Origin: a virus
Taxonomy: Duplodnaviria; Caudoviricetes
DNA: 52,988 bases
Direction: 5' to 3' (one strand)
IMG/VR virus record: IMGVR_UViG_3300046777_001138
Span: 1 to 52,988 of that record
Part shown: positions 1 to 8,318 of the stretch, in pieces
How positions within the stretch are numbered: the first letter of the stretch is position 1
Layout: each line of letters begins with the position of its first letter
Notes under the pieces: model-generated
What the model was told of the DNA's origin: nothing
The model's input: only the letters and a program-made list of their open reading frames with translations
The model's database searches: none
Made by a program: the position numbers and the translations under genes

Positions 1-127
1 TGTAAGGGAGTACCCGTTGGAGAACGACTACGGGTATGATGAGAAACCCTACGCTGAGGTTACCCCTGATACTCTCGGCGTGAATAATCTGGAATACACC
101 TTGCTTTTACAGAAAGCACAGGGTAAA
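1..127. repeat. Direct terminal repeat, copy 1 (probable circular-assembly overlap)
   Basis: Identical to 52862-52988; 127 nt matches a common assembler k-mer; an ORF reads through the junction. Confidence 0.95.
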
Positions 128-214
128 ACGGTACGAGAGGTGGCAAAGGCTCTACGGCGTAGTAGTAGCTGGGTCCATCGTGAACTGGTGAGGCTTAAGG
201 AGGTGCTGGTATAA
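1..214 (+). CDS. C-terminal part of a sigma70/ECF-like protein that starts at 52626 and crosses the origin (149 aa total)
   Basis: In frame with ATG 52626; region 4-like HTH GKTVREVAKALRRSSSWVHREL. Confidence 0.7.
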   Translation, partial: VREYPLENDYGYDEKPYAEVTPDTLGVNNLEYTLLLQKAQGKTVREVAKALRRSSSWVHRELVRLKEVLV

Positions 215-519
215 TGTCTGAAAGAGATACAGTGTCGAAGTATTGGTCGGATAGTATGGGTATTTTGTACTGCCAAACTGTGGAAGGCTACGCTTTCCGC
301 TGGGATGATGCTTATGAAAAATGGGAGACTATCCCACTACCTCCCGGTGTAGTTCCTGACCTTTCTTGGTCTATGTACACGGATGCCCAATTAAAGTTGG
401 ATCTGATCAAGCAACACTTGACAGACCATAGGGAAAAACAGTACTATGCTCGGACAGAGCATGATCTTGTGCTGTGGGAGAAGACTTTGGAAACCTTGTT
501 TGAAGAGGAGACGAAGTGA
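214..519 (+). CDS. Hypothetical protein
   Basis: TAATG coupling to upstream gene; RBS AGGAGG. Confidence 0.75.
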   Translation: MSERDTVSKYWSDSMGILYCQTVEGYAFRWDDAYEKWETIPLPPGVVPDLSWSMYTDAQLKLDLIKQHLTDHREKQYYARTEHDLVLWEKTLETLFEEETK

Positions 520-725
520 TGGAAATGGAAACACGAGTTGCCACCGTAGATGGAACTGTTATTTGTATTGAATCAAGTAGTTGGCCTAGCTGTGATAACC
601 TGAAGTTGTCAATGGAAACCAAGTTCTTTGACAGTATCAAAACCGAACTAGACAAGACTCAACAATCAGCATTGATGACAGCTTTACAAATTGCATGGGA
701 GGTTCGCTATGGACGAAATTCCTGA
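516..725 (+). CDS. Hypothetical protein
   Basis: GTGA overlap; RBS GAGGAG. Confidence 0.65.
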   Translation: MMEMETRVATVDGTVICIESSSWPSCDNLKLSMETKFFDSIKTELDKTQQSALMTALQIAWEVRYGRNS

Positions 726-930
726 TCCACCATCCTATGAGAAGATCCAAGCGATAGGTAAACAGGTGTATGGCACGGATTGTTTCCGTACTACCCTGAA
801 TAATACCGCTGACCATGAGATCTACATCCCATCGTGTGACGATGAGGGATACATTACTGTCCCAGCGAAGGGACAACTGATTGTTATGAGGACACCGGAA
901 GGATATCGTAATCTGAAAGAAGGAGAATAG
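709..930 (+). CDS. Hypothetical protein
   Basis: GGAGG upstream of ATG 709 within track ORF 691..930. Confidence 0.6.
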   Translation: MDEIPDPPSYEKIQAIGKQVYGTDCFRTTLNNTADHEIYIPSCDDEGYITVPAKGQLIVMRTPEGYRNLKEGE

Positions 931-1493
931 TGATGATTAGTGAAGTGAAGCAGAATGACATTCGACCGATGACAGACGCTGAGAGAGATGCCATGGCTCT
1001 CCACATGAATGTAGCCTACAAGTTCATGCCTAGGAAGAAATACGATGAAGACCAGATGCAGGATACCTTGCTTCGCAATGTGCGAAACTGGATCAGGAAC
1101 AGACACAAGTGTCCTCAGATCAAAGATGTCACCTTCATGGCCAATTCCACGATGTATAACGCTGGGAGATCCAAGCGTCGTAACATCAGCACAATCCATA
1201 TTGACTTGTGCGTGTCATTAGATCGTGACTTGGTTAAAGGTGCGCCGTATGATGTAGCTGACTATCGAGAGCCTGAGGACAAAGGATTCAGGGATTGGTC
1301 TTATGTGACCAACTTCCTCAATGTCTTGACCCAGCGCCAACGGGATATCCTTGAGATGCGCCGACGAGGTGAAAGTCTTAGCTGCATCGCTGAGACATTC
1401 AGTCTGAGCAAGGAGAGGATCCGTCAAATAGAAACTAGGGCTATTGAACGGCTTCAGGTAGAGATTAACAAGGACATGTCCAAATGCAATTGA
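930..1493 (+). CDS. Sigma70-family-like protein (clear region 4)
   Basis: LTQRQRDILEMRRRGESLSCIAETFSLSKERIRQIETRAIERL matches the sigma70 region 4 pattern (S-R/K-ERIRQIE). Confidence 0.8.
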   Translation: MMISEVKQNDIRPMTDAERDAMALHMNVAYKFMPRKKYDEDQMQDTLLRNVRNWIRNRHKCPQIKDVTFMANSTMYNAGRSKRRNISTIHIDLCVSLDRDLVKGAPYDVADYREPEDKGFRDWSYVTNFLNVLTQRQRDILEMRRRGESLSCIAETFSLSKERIRQIETRAIERLQVEINKDMSKCN

Positions 1494-2020
1494 CTCCAAA
1501 CCAGACTCTTCTACACAAGAATGTAGCTCTGGTGTACAAACTCATGGGCAAATACGGGTTGAATAACCGGGAGGCTATGGGAGACAAAGGGCAATTCATT
1601 TGGCTGTGCATATGCAAGTATGTTGAAGGCTACAAGAAGGAAAGGAGTGCATTTGGTACATGGCTGGGATGGGCTGTGTGGTCAGCGGTAAAGGTCTACA
1701 ATAAACAGGTAGCCACACACGCTGACAGGTATAAATGCTTTGAGGACATGCTATTTGTCCATGACCGAGAGCATGAAGATTCTCAGCGGGATTATCTGGC
1801 CCACCAGAAGATCTTGGATACAATGGATAGAGTCTTGGTATCCAAGAAGGGAGGAGCATCACACAGGGAAGTGGTAAGGCTTTGCTGGGAGCAAGGGATG
1901 CCTTACAGGAAAGCAGCTAAGATTCTTGGTATTAGTGGGCAGAGGGCCCATAGGATCCTACAAGTATCAAGACAGAAGTTACAAGTAGAACTCAAGGAAA
2001 TGGAAGGAGAGTTGGTGTGA
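1484..2020 (+). CDS. Sigma70-family-like protein (regions 2 and 4)
   Basis: NVALVYKL...YKKERSAFGTWLGWAVWSAV resembles region 2; HREVVRLCWEQGMPYRKAAKILGISGQRA resembles region 4. Confidence 0.75.
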   Translation: MQLTPNQTLLHKNVALVYKLMGKYGLNNREAMGDKGQFIWLCICKYVEGYKKERSAFGTWLGWAVWSAVKVYNKQVATHADRYKCFEDMLFVHDREHEDSQRDYLAHQKILDTMDRVLVSKKGGASHREVVRLCWEQGMPYRKAAKILGISGQRAHRILQVSRQKLQVELKEMEGELV

Positions 2021-2172
2021 CAGACGAAGAGTTTGAGACGATAAAGAAACTCTACGGTAAATCAGACCGTATTGGTACACACTGGGCAGAGTGTTGGAAT
2101 GCACATGTGTACTGTGCAGTCTGTAAACTGATTAAGGAAGTTGAACGACTAAAGGAGGAACGAAATGGGTGA
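2017..2172 (+). CDS. Small hypothetical protein with H-x3-C-x3-H-x2-C motif (51 aa, not in ORF track)
   Basis: GTGA overlap, RBS GGAG; THWAECWNAHVYCAVC; fills the gap between neighbours. Confidence 0.6.
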   Translation: MTDEEFETIKKLYGKSDRIGTHWAECWNAHVYCAVCKLIKEVERLKEERNG

Positions 2173-2611
2173 ACCAGTATTGTGCTATGTAAAAGGTGAT
2201 ACAGCGTATTTCACTACGCAGGAACTTAGTAAACAATGGGGAGATGACTGGAACGATGCTCCGTATGAGCATAACGCTGGTAGACCTAATGAGCCTAGTA
2301 TGCACTACTATTCGGATGGTAGGCAAGAAAAGAGGGCTTGTGATTGGAACGAGGACGGTACGCCAAAGTGGGAGATCATTGAAGTAAAATTTAGCAGTGA
2401 TCTATATACTCCAGAAGATTGGCACTATGGTAGTTCACCGTTCTCGGTAGAAGACATTAACGTTGGCATAGCCCCATGGCTAGCTACTTCTAAATATTCT
2501 AGTGATCCTAAGATAACAATCTTTGCTGGAGCAACTATCGAAGAGTTTAAGCGTAAGGTCCGTGAGTCCGGTGGAAAGATCTATGTGGAGGAAAAGGAAG
2601 ATGGAGAGTGA
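2165..2611 (+). CDS. Hypothetical phage protein (WGDDWNDAPYEHNAG motif)
   Basis: Strong RBS AGGAGG; 148-aa ORF. Confidence 0.8.
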   Translation: MGEPVLCYVKGDTAYFTTQELSKQWGDDWNDAPYEHNAGRPNEPSMHYYSDGRQEKRACDWNEDGTPKWEIIEVKFSSDLYTPEDWHYGSSPFSVEDINVGIAPWLATSKYSSDPKITIFAGATIEEFKRKVRESGGKIYVEEKEDGE

Positions 2612-2747
2612 ATTGGGTTGTGCTGCCTTCGAGACTTTATTGGAAGCATTAAAGTGGAAGGTAGTACGCCGGGAAAAAGATCGTGTGATCATCGCTCGTA
2701 ACGATGAAGAGATGGAAGTAAAACTGAAGGAGGGAAATGATGAGTGA
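2601..2747 (+). CDS. Small hypothetical protein
   Basis: ATG 2601 inside track ORF 2523..2747; overlaps both neighbours. Confidence 0.5.
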   Translation: MESELGCAAFETLLEALKWKVVRREKDRVIIARNDEEMEVKLKEGNDE

Positions 2748-3540
2748 CACAGACATTACAGCTACGGTAGTAAAGGACTCTCTGAATGTAGACTATGGTT
2801 CAAGACTTACAACCATGATCATTAGATTCCCACGAGTAATACTAAGTCAGGTATTGACCCATCGTGTATTCAGCAGAAATACTAGCTCGTCAAGAGCTAT
2901 TCCTACGAGTAAGCTACTGAACAGGGAACCATGGATTCCTGACAAGGTTGGAGTCAACAAACCGGGTATGTCGGCGGATGAGTATCTGGAAGGCGAAACC
3001 CTTGAGCAATTCAGGGAGGATATTTACTTTTTGCATGAGGCAATGGTTGATGAGGTTGACAAGCTGGCAACCAAGTACAACATTCACAAGCAGACTCTTA
3101 ACCGTTACCTAGAGCCTTGGCTGATGACTACGATGCTCGTGTCATCTACCGAGTGGGACAACTGGTTTAATCTTCGTCTGAACCATAAAGCACAACCTGA
3201 GATTCAGGAACTCGCCGAGAAAATGGCCCATGCCAGAGCGATGAGTACGCCTGAAAAAGTATTGCCCGGTCACTGGCACATTCCATTTGAAGACTTTGGC
3301 GATCATCGTGCATTAGACATTGCTGTAGCACGATGCGCTAGGGTAAGCTATGAGACTCATGCCGGTGTTCGTGATCGTGAGGAAGACATTCGGTTGTTTG
3401 AACAACTGAAAGCGGACAAACACATGTCCCCGTTTGAACATGTGGCGTGTGCAAGGGCGCAAGAAGGCTACTACTTGTACCCTGAGGCAAACTTCAAGGG
3501 TTGGACACAATACAGAGCATTTGTGGAGGCAGGAGAGTGA
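2737..3540 (+). CDS. thyX: Flavin-dependent thymidylate synthase
   Basis: THRVFSRNTSSSRA is the ThyX signature variant; also AQPEIQELA, ARCARVSY, HMSPFEH. Confidence 0.9.
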   Translation: MMSDTDITATVVKDSLNVDYGSRLTTMIIRFPRVILSQVLTHRVFSRNTSSSRAIPTSKLLNREPWIPDKVGVNKPGMSADEYLEGETLEQFREDIYFLHEAMVDEVDKLATKYNIHKQTLNRYLEPWLMTTMLVSSTEWDNWFNLRLNHKAQPEIQELAEKMAHARAMSTPEKVLPGHWHIPFEDFGDHRALDIAVARCARVSYETHAGVRDREEDIRLFEQLKADKHMSPFEHVACARAQEGYYLYPEANFKGWTQYRAFVEAGE

Positions 3541-3779
3541 AAAAGGAGTTTAGGGACGATGAGGGTACAGTTTTTACTGTTGAAGAAAATTGGGACATGC
3601 ACTGGGTTGGTGCTTGGATTGAAATAAACAAGCCCCCACATTATTTTGTGGAAAAAGATGGCAAGTACATTTTAATGTTGCTGCCAGATGTAGCTAAGAA
3701 CTTTGCAAAAGAATTACTTATTATTTCGGATTCTATTGAAAGGAAAAGGGATGAGTATTCTCAGCGGAATGGCGATTAA
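3537..3779 (+). CDS. Small hypothetical protein (family with 14969 and 43977)
   Basis: GTGA overlap; C-terminal LLPDVAKNFAKELLIISDSIE. Confidence 0.65.
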   Translation: MKKEFRDDEGTVFTVEENWDMHWVGAWIEINKPPHYFVEKDGKYILMLLPDVAKNFAKELLIISDSIERKRDEYSQRNGD

Positions 3780-4296
3780 GGAAGCGATTGCACGAGGTGA
3801 CATTGAGATCTCCGACTTCGATGAGTCTAGGCTCAATCCTCATTCGTATAATCTACGGCTTGGAAACAAAGTCTTGACATACTATGAGTCTATTTTGGAC
3901 TCTAGTAAAGAAGATCCATATATTACAGACGAATTACAAGCGGAAGGTTGTACGCTATGGCCCGGTACACTTTATCTTATGCACACCATGGAGACTGTGT
4001 GTTCACACAAGTATGTCCCTATCATTGATGGAAGGTCTTCAGTAGGTCGTCTAGGCATTGGGGTGCATATTACTGCTGGCTACGGTGATGTAGGATTCAA
4101 TGGAACCTACACGCTAGAGGTGACTGTAGTCAAACCAGTGATCGTCTACCCGGGTTCCGAGATCTGTCAGATTAGGTTCCAGACGCTGCAACTTGGTGAG
4201 AATGAAAAGGGGTATCCAAAGTATCAAGGCAAGTACAATGGTCAGACTGGCCCAAGAGCATCCGGTTGGTGGAAGGAGGCTCACAAATGGGGGTAA
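3751..4296 (+). CDS. dcd: dCTP deaminase
   Basis: MSILS...LNPHSYNLRLG, GRSSVGRLG, AGYGDVGFNGTYTLE, ICQI, YQGKY. Confidence 0.92.
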   Translation: MSILSGMAIKEAIARGDIEISDFDESRLNPHSYNLRLGNKVLTYYESILDSSKEDPYITDELQAEGCTLWPGTLYLMHTMETVCSHKYVPIIDGRSSVGRLGIGVHITAGYGDVGFNGTYTLEVTVVKPVIVYPGSEICQIRFQTLQLGENEKGYPKYQGKYNGQTGPRASGWWKEAHKWG

Positions 4297-4679
4297 CACT
4301 CAAAGATTCATTACCCCTGTGTGAAGTGCTTTCATATGCCAGCGATCCTTCCAATCCTGCTGACGCAGCATTGTTCATGGAAGGAGATAAAGTCGCTTTA
4401 CTTCTTATTGATGGCAATGGTGAAAGGACATGGCACGAGAAGAAGATTGCAGAGTTCTGGAATGCTGCACAGGATCAGGGATTGATGGCAATTGCGCTGA
4501 GTTACAATCACTATCAGGATGCTTGGCATTGGTTTGATTTTGATTGGAGTAGCCTTCCAGCAATGGATGTGAACCAAGAGACTCATATGGTAGAAATATG
4601 GTTCAAAGGATACTCGCCGACAAGTGAACTGTATGGTCACATTACTAGGAGGAGGAAGGAAAATGAAGGATCCAATTAA
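4287..4679 (+). CDS. Hypothetical protein
   Basis: RBS AAGGAGG before ATG 4287. Confidence 0.7.
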   Translation: MGVTLKDSLPLCEVLSYASDPSNPADAALFMEGDKVALLLIDGNGERTWHEKKIAEFWNAAQDQGLMAIALSYNHYQDAWHWFDFDWSSLPAMDVNQETHMVEIWFKGYSPTSELYGHITRRRKENEGSN

Positions 4680-5154
4680 ACCGAGTCATTACACAGCATT
4701 AGACGGATCAGGTATTACTTGTGCAGATGCACAGCGAGCAATGCTTGGTAGAGATGGTTACATTGCTTACCTTCGTGGAATGGTGATTAAATATCAATGG
4801 CGATTCCTTCGTAAGGATGGATTCAAAGATATACTAAAAGACGAAGAGTGCCTTAGGATGCTTAAGGAAGAACTATCTTCCTTAGGAGTTCCTGATGCCA
4901 ACCCACAAGTTCCGATTAACACCGCCGCCGTCCACGAACAATATCTGGAGAAGGGGGAAGAAAGGGACCTACCTAGCGCCTCACTACAGGACTTGGATCG
5001 ACACCCATCGTCCGCAAGTAGAATCAGTATTTGGGGAATCGACCAATCCATTATCGCTAGCTCGGTTGGAGATACTGGTCAGCGGTGGGACTGGTTTGAG
5101 GCGGGGTCGGGATCTGGACAACCTGGCGAAAGCGATCTGCGACCTCCTAGTTAG
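4663..5154 (+). CDS. DUF3310 / T7 gp1.7-like protein with a long C-terminal extension
   Basis: DPIKPSHY...YLRGMVIKYQWRFLRKDGFKDILK matches the DUF3310 pattern. Confidence 0.75.
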   Translation: MKDPIKPSHYTALDGSGITCADAQRAMLGRDGYIAYLRGMVIKYQWRFLRKDGFKDILKDEECLRMLKEELSSLGVPDANPQVPINTAAVHEQYLEKGEERDLPSASLQDLDRHPSSASRISIWGIDQSIIASSVGDTGQRWDWFEAGSGSGQPGESDLRPPS

Positions 5155-5293
5155 ATGCTGTGTAATTACGGACGATTGCTACGATGTAGTGCAGGAGATA
5201 AGTCTGAAGTATCTCGGAGGATACAGAGGGGACACTCCTGCATTCGTTGATGTGTTTGTCCATGAACTGGAAGAAAAGAACAGGAAAGTCTAA
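4895..5293 (+). CDS. rusA: RusA-family Holliday junction resolvase
   Basis: PPPSTNNIWR, RDLDNLAKAICDLL, ITDD. Confidence 0.88.
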   Translation: MPTHKFRLTPPPSTNNIWRRGKKGTYLAPHYRTWIDTHRPQVESVFGESTNPLSLARLEILVSGGTGLRRGRDLDNLAKAICDLLVRCCVITDDCYDVVQEISLKYLGGYRGDTPAFVDVFVHELEEKNRKV

Positions 5294-5595
5294 TGTCACG
5301 AAAGTTTACTTTTACCGTACCTCTTGTTCACGACAAGTCCTACGGATCACTTGAATTAACTCGACCAATTGGCAGTAAAACATGGTTGCCTTTGCCAACT
5401 GGTGGTTACATTTGTGTTGAGGTCCTTGGTACTGGAAGGACTCAGGCACAGATTAGATTTACTGCAGATAAGGATGTACCCATTATAAAAGGGGAATCAC
5501 TCAATAGGCCGAAATATGACATAAACGACTGGGGTGATGAGGAACGAATGATTGACGATAGGCATCCGGGTGATTTTGAAGACTATGTGAACTAA
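5293..5595 (+). CDS. CsrA/RsmA-like RNA-binding protein
   Basis: LELTRPIGS...ICVEVLGTGRTQAQIRFTADKDVPIIKGE parallels the CsrA pattern LxLTRxxGE...IxVxVL...QVRIGIxAPKxVxIxRxE. Confidence 0.6.
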   Translation: MSRKFTFTVPLVHDKSYGSLELTRPIGSKTWLPLPTGGYICVEVLGTGRTQAQIRFTADKDVPIIKGESLNRPKYDINDWGDEERMIDDRHPGDFEDYVN

Positions 5596-5600
5596 GGAGG

Positions 5601-6116
5601 ATGCTAATGAGGTATCTTACGGAAGAGGAAGCGTGTGAGTATCTTTATTTTGATCCCACTTCAAATTGTTTGCGTAGAAAACTGACTAAGAAATTGGCAT
5701 CAGAGTCCAATTCTTCGGCGGAGTTTTACCACAAATCGAGTGGCTACCTACATGTCAAGGTTGGTAATTGTAGATTTCAAGCCCATAGGCTTGTTTATTT
5801 AATTACCAAAGGCCCTATTCCGGATGGTATGGATGTAGACCATATTGACAGGGATCGGCGTAACAATGCGCCATACAATCTTCGTTTGGCGACCAAAGCA
5901 GAAAATAGTCTGAACAGGTCAAAGTACAAAAATAATACTTCTGGTTTTCCGGGAGTTAGGTGGTTTGCTAAGCTAAGCAAATGGATTGCATATATTTCTT
6001 TTGGAGGAAAAAGGTTTCACTTAGGTGTCTACACAGAACTTCAGGAAGCGGTTGATGCAAGAAAACTTGCAGAAGTCATTTTCTTTGGTGATTTTAGACC
6101 CATACATTCCAAGTGA
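5601..6116 (+). CDS. HNH homing endonuclease with C-terminal AP2-like domain
   Basis: AHRLVY...VDHIDRDRRNNAPYNLR; NNTSGFPGVRW...WIAYI...HLG. Confidence 0.9.
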   Translation: MLMRYLTEEEACEYLYFDPTSNCLRRKLTKKLASESNSSAEFYHKSSGYLHVKVGNCRFQAHRLVYLITKGPIPDGMDVDHIDRDRRNNAPYNLRLATKAENSLNRSKYKNNTSGFPGVRWFAKLSKWIAYISFGGKRFHLGVYTELQEAVDARKLAEVIFFGDFRPIHSK

Positions 6117-6925
6117 AACGCAAGGTCAACCCATACAGCGAATTTTTAGTGCCATGTTCCTCCATCGACAGGAGGATCTATGTCACTTCGTCGAATAATT
6201 TCCATGGGTTGATCAGTATGCTCGGCGCTGCTTGGGGCATCGCTGAGGAAGATCGTCAGGATCTGGCTGAGACTCTACTAGAAGAGATCTTCTTCTGTGG
6301 GTACGACTGGTATGACGACTTCTACCCGATCTTGTCAAAGATCAGGGTGATTGATATTAACGATTGGCTTGCTGGAACACGACCGTCCATTTTGTTCCCA
6401 AGCTATGATCCAGCAGTGTACTTTAATGGCCTGTCTGGAGGAGTCAATTATCGTCGGCGTTGGTGTCTGGATCAGTCGCAGTCCATGCGTATTGATCAGG
6501 TTGCTGAAATGGTTATTGCCCTATGGGGTGATGACTGTGTAGCCGATATGGGTGCTTACTGTGGATGGGATGCAATCCTAGTCCATAACCATGAGCGCCG
6601 GGTAATCATTGATGTTGCGATATTCCCTTGGAACTTGACCACAGGGGCTATACGCAAGGTCCACATAGCAGCACGGAAGATTCGTGCCATGCAGGGTATC
6701 CACAAAGCGTATGGGCTAGTACCCATTCAAATAGTTGATACCACCAACGGAATCTACTGGTCGCCGGCCCATGACATTGCGATAATGGATTCCGGGAAGA
6801 TCCTGATTACGGCATCAGGGTTACCTAGTGATGAAGAGGAATCGCTGGGAATAGAACTGAGTGAACTTCGTCCTCTTGGTGATTTGAACAGGTATTTTAA
6901 GGAGTTGAAGAATGTCAATGTTTAA
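6113..6925 (+). CDS. Hypothetical protein
   Basis: 270-aa ORF coupled to both neighbours. Confidence 0.75.
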   Translation: MKRKVNPYSEFLVPCSSIDRRIYVTSSNNFHGLISMLGAAWGIAEEDRQDLAETLLEEIFFCGYDWYDDFYPILSKIRVIDINDWLAGTRPSILFPSYDPAVYFNGLSGGVNYRRRWCLDQSQSMRIDQVAEMVIALWGDDCVADMGAYCGWDAILVHNHERRVIIDVAIFPWNLTTGAIRKVHIAARKIRAMQGIHKAYGLVPIQIVDTTNGIYWSPAHDIAIMDSGKILITASGLPSDEEESLGIELSELRPLGDLNRYFKELKNVNV

Positions 6926-7895
6926 GAAGGCAGAGACAAAAGCGATCAAGCTGACGCTGGGAGTGATTGGACCCTCCGGAGCAGGTAAGACACTATCCAG
7001 CCTGAAGATGGCTCGGGGTCTTGTCGGCGAGAATGGTAAGATCGCATTCATCGGAACGGAAGGTGGAAAGGAGCAGCTTTACACCAATCACATCAAGAAT
7101 GGGTTTGACACGCTGACTATCTCAGCGCCATACACTATCGAGAAGTTGCAGGATGCACTTACAGGTGCTGTGGAAGGTGGCTATGACATCGTTGTCATTG
7201 ACAGCCTGTCCCACTTCTGGAGTGGTGACGGTGGCGCATTGTCTCAGGTCGATGAGATCGCTAGCGTAAACAATGGCAATAGCTCCGCTGGGTGGAACAT
7301 TGTCACGAAGAAGATTGACAAACTGATCAATCGTATTACCACCTTCCCTATCCACCTGATCCTTACTGTTCGTAGCGAGATCGTTTACGACTACAGCAAG
7401 GAACCCGGTCAGAAGATGAAGGTCACCAAGCTGGGTCTTACCCCTGTTTGGCGCAGTGGTAAGCAGTGTATTACTTACGAACTTGACAATGTGATGACGA
7501 TTTCGTCTGAGCATATCGCCAAGGTATCCAAGACTCGTCTGTTTGACATGGCTGACAAGATCTTCAATCGTCCTGATGAGAAGATTGGAGCCATGATCGG
7601 TGAGATCGTAAACACCGGAAACTACCTTGCCAAGCCTATCGGCGAAGCAGTAGAGAAGCAGGTTGAACCAGATCTTATTCCGACTGAGGAAGAGTCGGTA
7701 GCTGTCACTGAGAAGCAAAGGTCGCTGACCAAGCTGGAAGACTTGGCGATCAAGACTGGCCGTGACACTGGTACTTGGTTTGCACAGCTCGCTACTCACT
7801 TTGGTAAGAAGGTAATCACTGAAGTACCCAATACCAAACTGAAAGAGGTCATTGACAAGGTTACGGGTGACTTGGCGAAGAAGCAGACGGTCTAG
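6912..7895 (+). CDS. AAA-family ATPase (Sak4/AAA_24-like, probably recombination)
   Basis: Walker A GPSGAGKT; Walker B IVVIDSLSHFW. Confidence 0.85.
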   Translation: MSMFKKAETKAIKLTLGVIGPSGAGKTLSSLKMARGLVGENGKIAFIGTEGGKEQLYTNHIKNGFDTLTISAPYTIEKLQDALTGAVEGGYDIVVIDSLSHFWSGDGGALSQVDEIASVNNGNSSAGWNIVTKKIDKLINRITTFPIHLILTVRSEIVYDYSKEPGQKMKVTKLGLTPVWRSGKQCITYELDNVMTISSEHIAKVSKTRLFDMADKIFNRPDEKIGAMIGEIVNTGNYLAKPIGEAVEKQVEPDLIPTEEESVAVTEKQRSLTKLEDLAIKTGRDTGTWFAQLATHFGKKVITEVPNTKLKEVIDKVTGDLAKKQTV

Positions 7896-7908
7896 TCATA
7901 ACATTCTT

Positions 7909-7937
7909 GGCCCCTTCATGTGGAGGGGCCTTTTTAT
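7909..7937 (+). terminator. Intrinsic terminator
   Basis: GGCCCCTTCA-TG-TGGAGGGGCC followed by TTTTTATT. Confidence 0.85.
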
Positions 7938-7952
7938 TGGAAGGAGACTGAA

Positions 7953-8318
7953 ATGAAATTTGCTGAGATTATTCCGGGATTGTTGGAAGGTAAGAAATAT
8001 TGTAGAAAAGTTGTTAATGTAGTCTATATCTTGCAGCTTGGCACAGAAGGACTTGAGTTTGTATCAGATAATGAAATGTTTCGTTCTGATGTTGTAGAAG
8101 AAGAAGATTTGAAAGCGGAATGGCAAGAGTATTCAAAATGGAAAGAAGCCCCTTGGTATACTGCGGTTGAATTTTCACGCCGTAACCCTCATGTAAAAAT
8201 TCGCATAGGTGATTTTTACAAGAGTTGGAATGATTTTCATATAGGCGTTTCTCTTCAGTATTATCTGCAAAATCATGACCAGTGTACATGGTACATCCCA
8301 GCGGAGGATACCAAGTGA
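7953..8318 (+). CDS. Two-module small protein, DUF2829/Tad2-like family
   Basis: MKFAEIIPGLLEGKKYCR...DLKAEWQEY; second module WKEAPWYTAVE; RBS AAGGAG. Confidence 0.6.
   Translation: MKFAEIIPGLLEGKKYCRKVVNVVYILQLGTEGLEFVSDNEMFRSDVVEEEDLKAEWQEYSKWKEAPWYTAVEFSRRNPHVKIRIGDFYKSWNDFHIGVSLQYYLQNHDQCTWYIPAEDTK

Noticed and set aside
1-127. Biological terminal repeat
   Set aside because: The length equals a usual assembler k-mer and the repeat falls inside a gene, so it is more likely a circularisation overlap
2737-4296. Modified-base or uracil-DNA pathway
   Set aside because: dcd plus thyX is an ordinary dTMP supply route; no base-modifying enzymes recognised
7122-7799. 225-aa antisense ORF
   Set aside because: Shadow of the AAA ATPase; no RBS or motif
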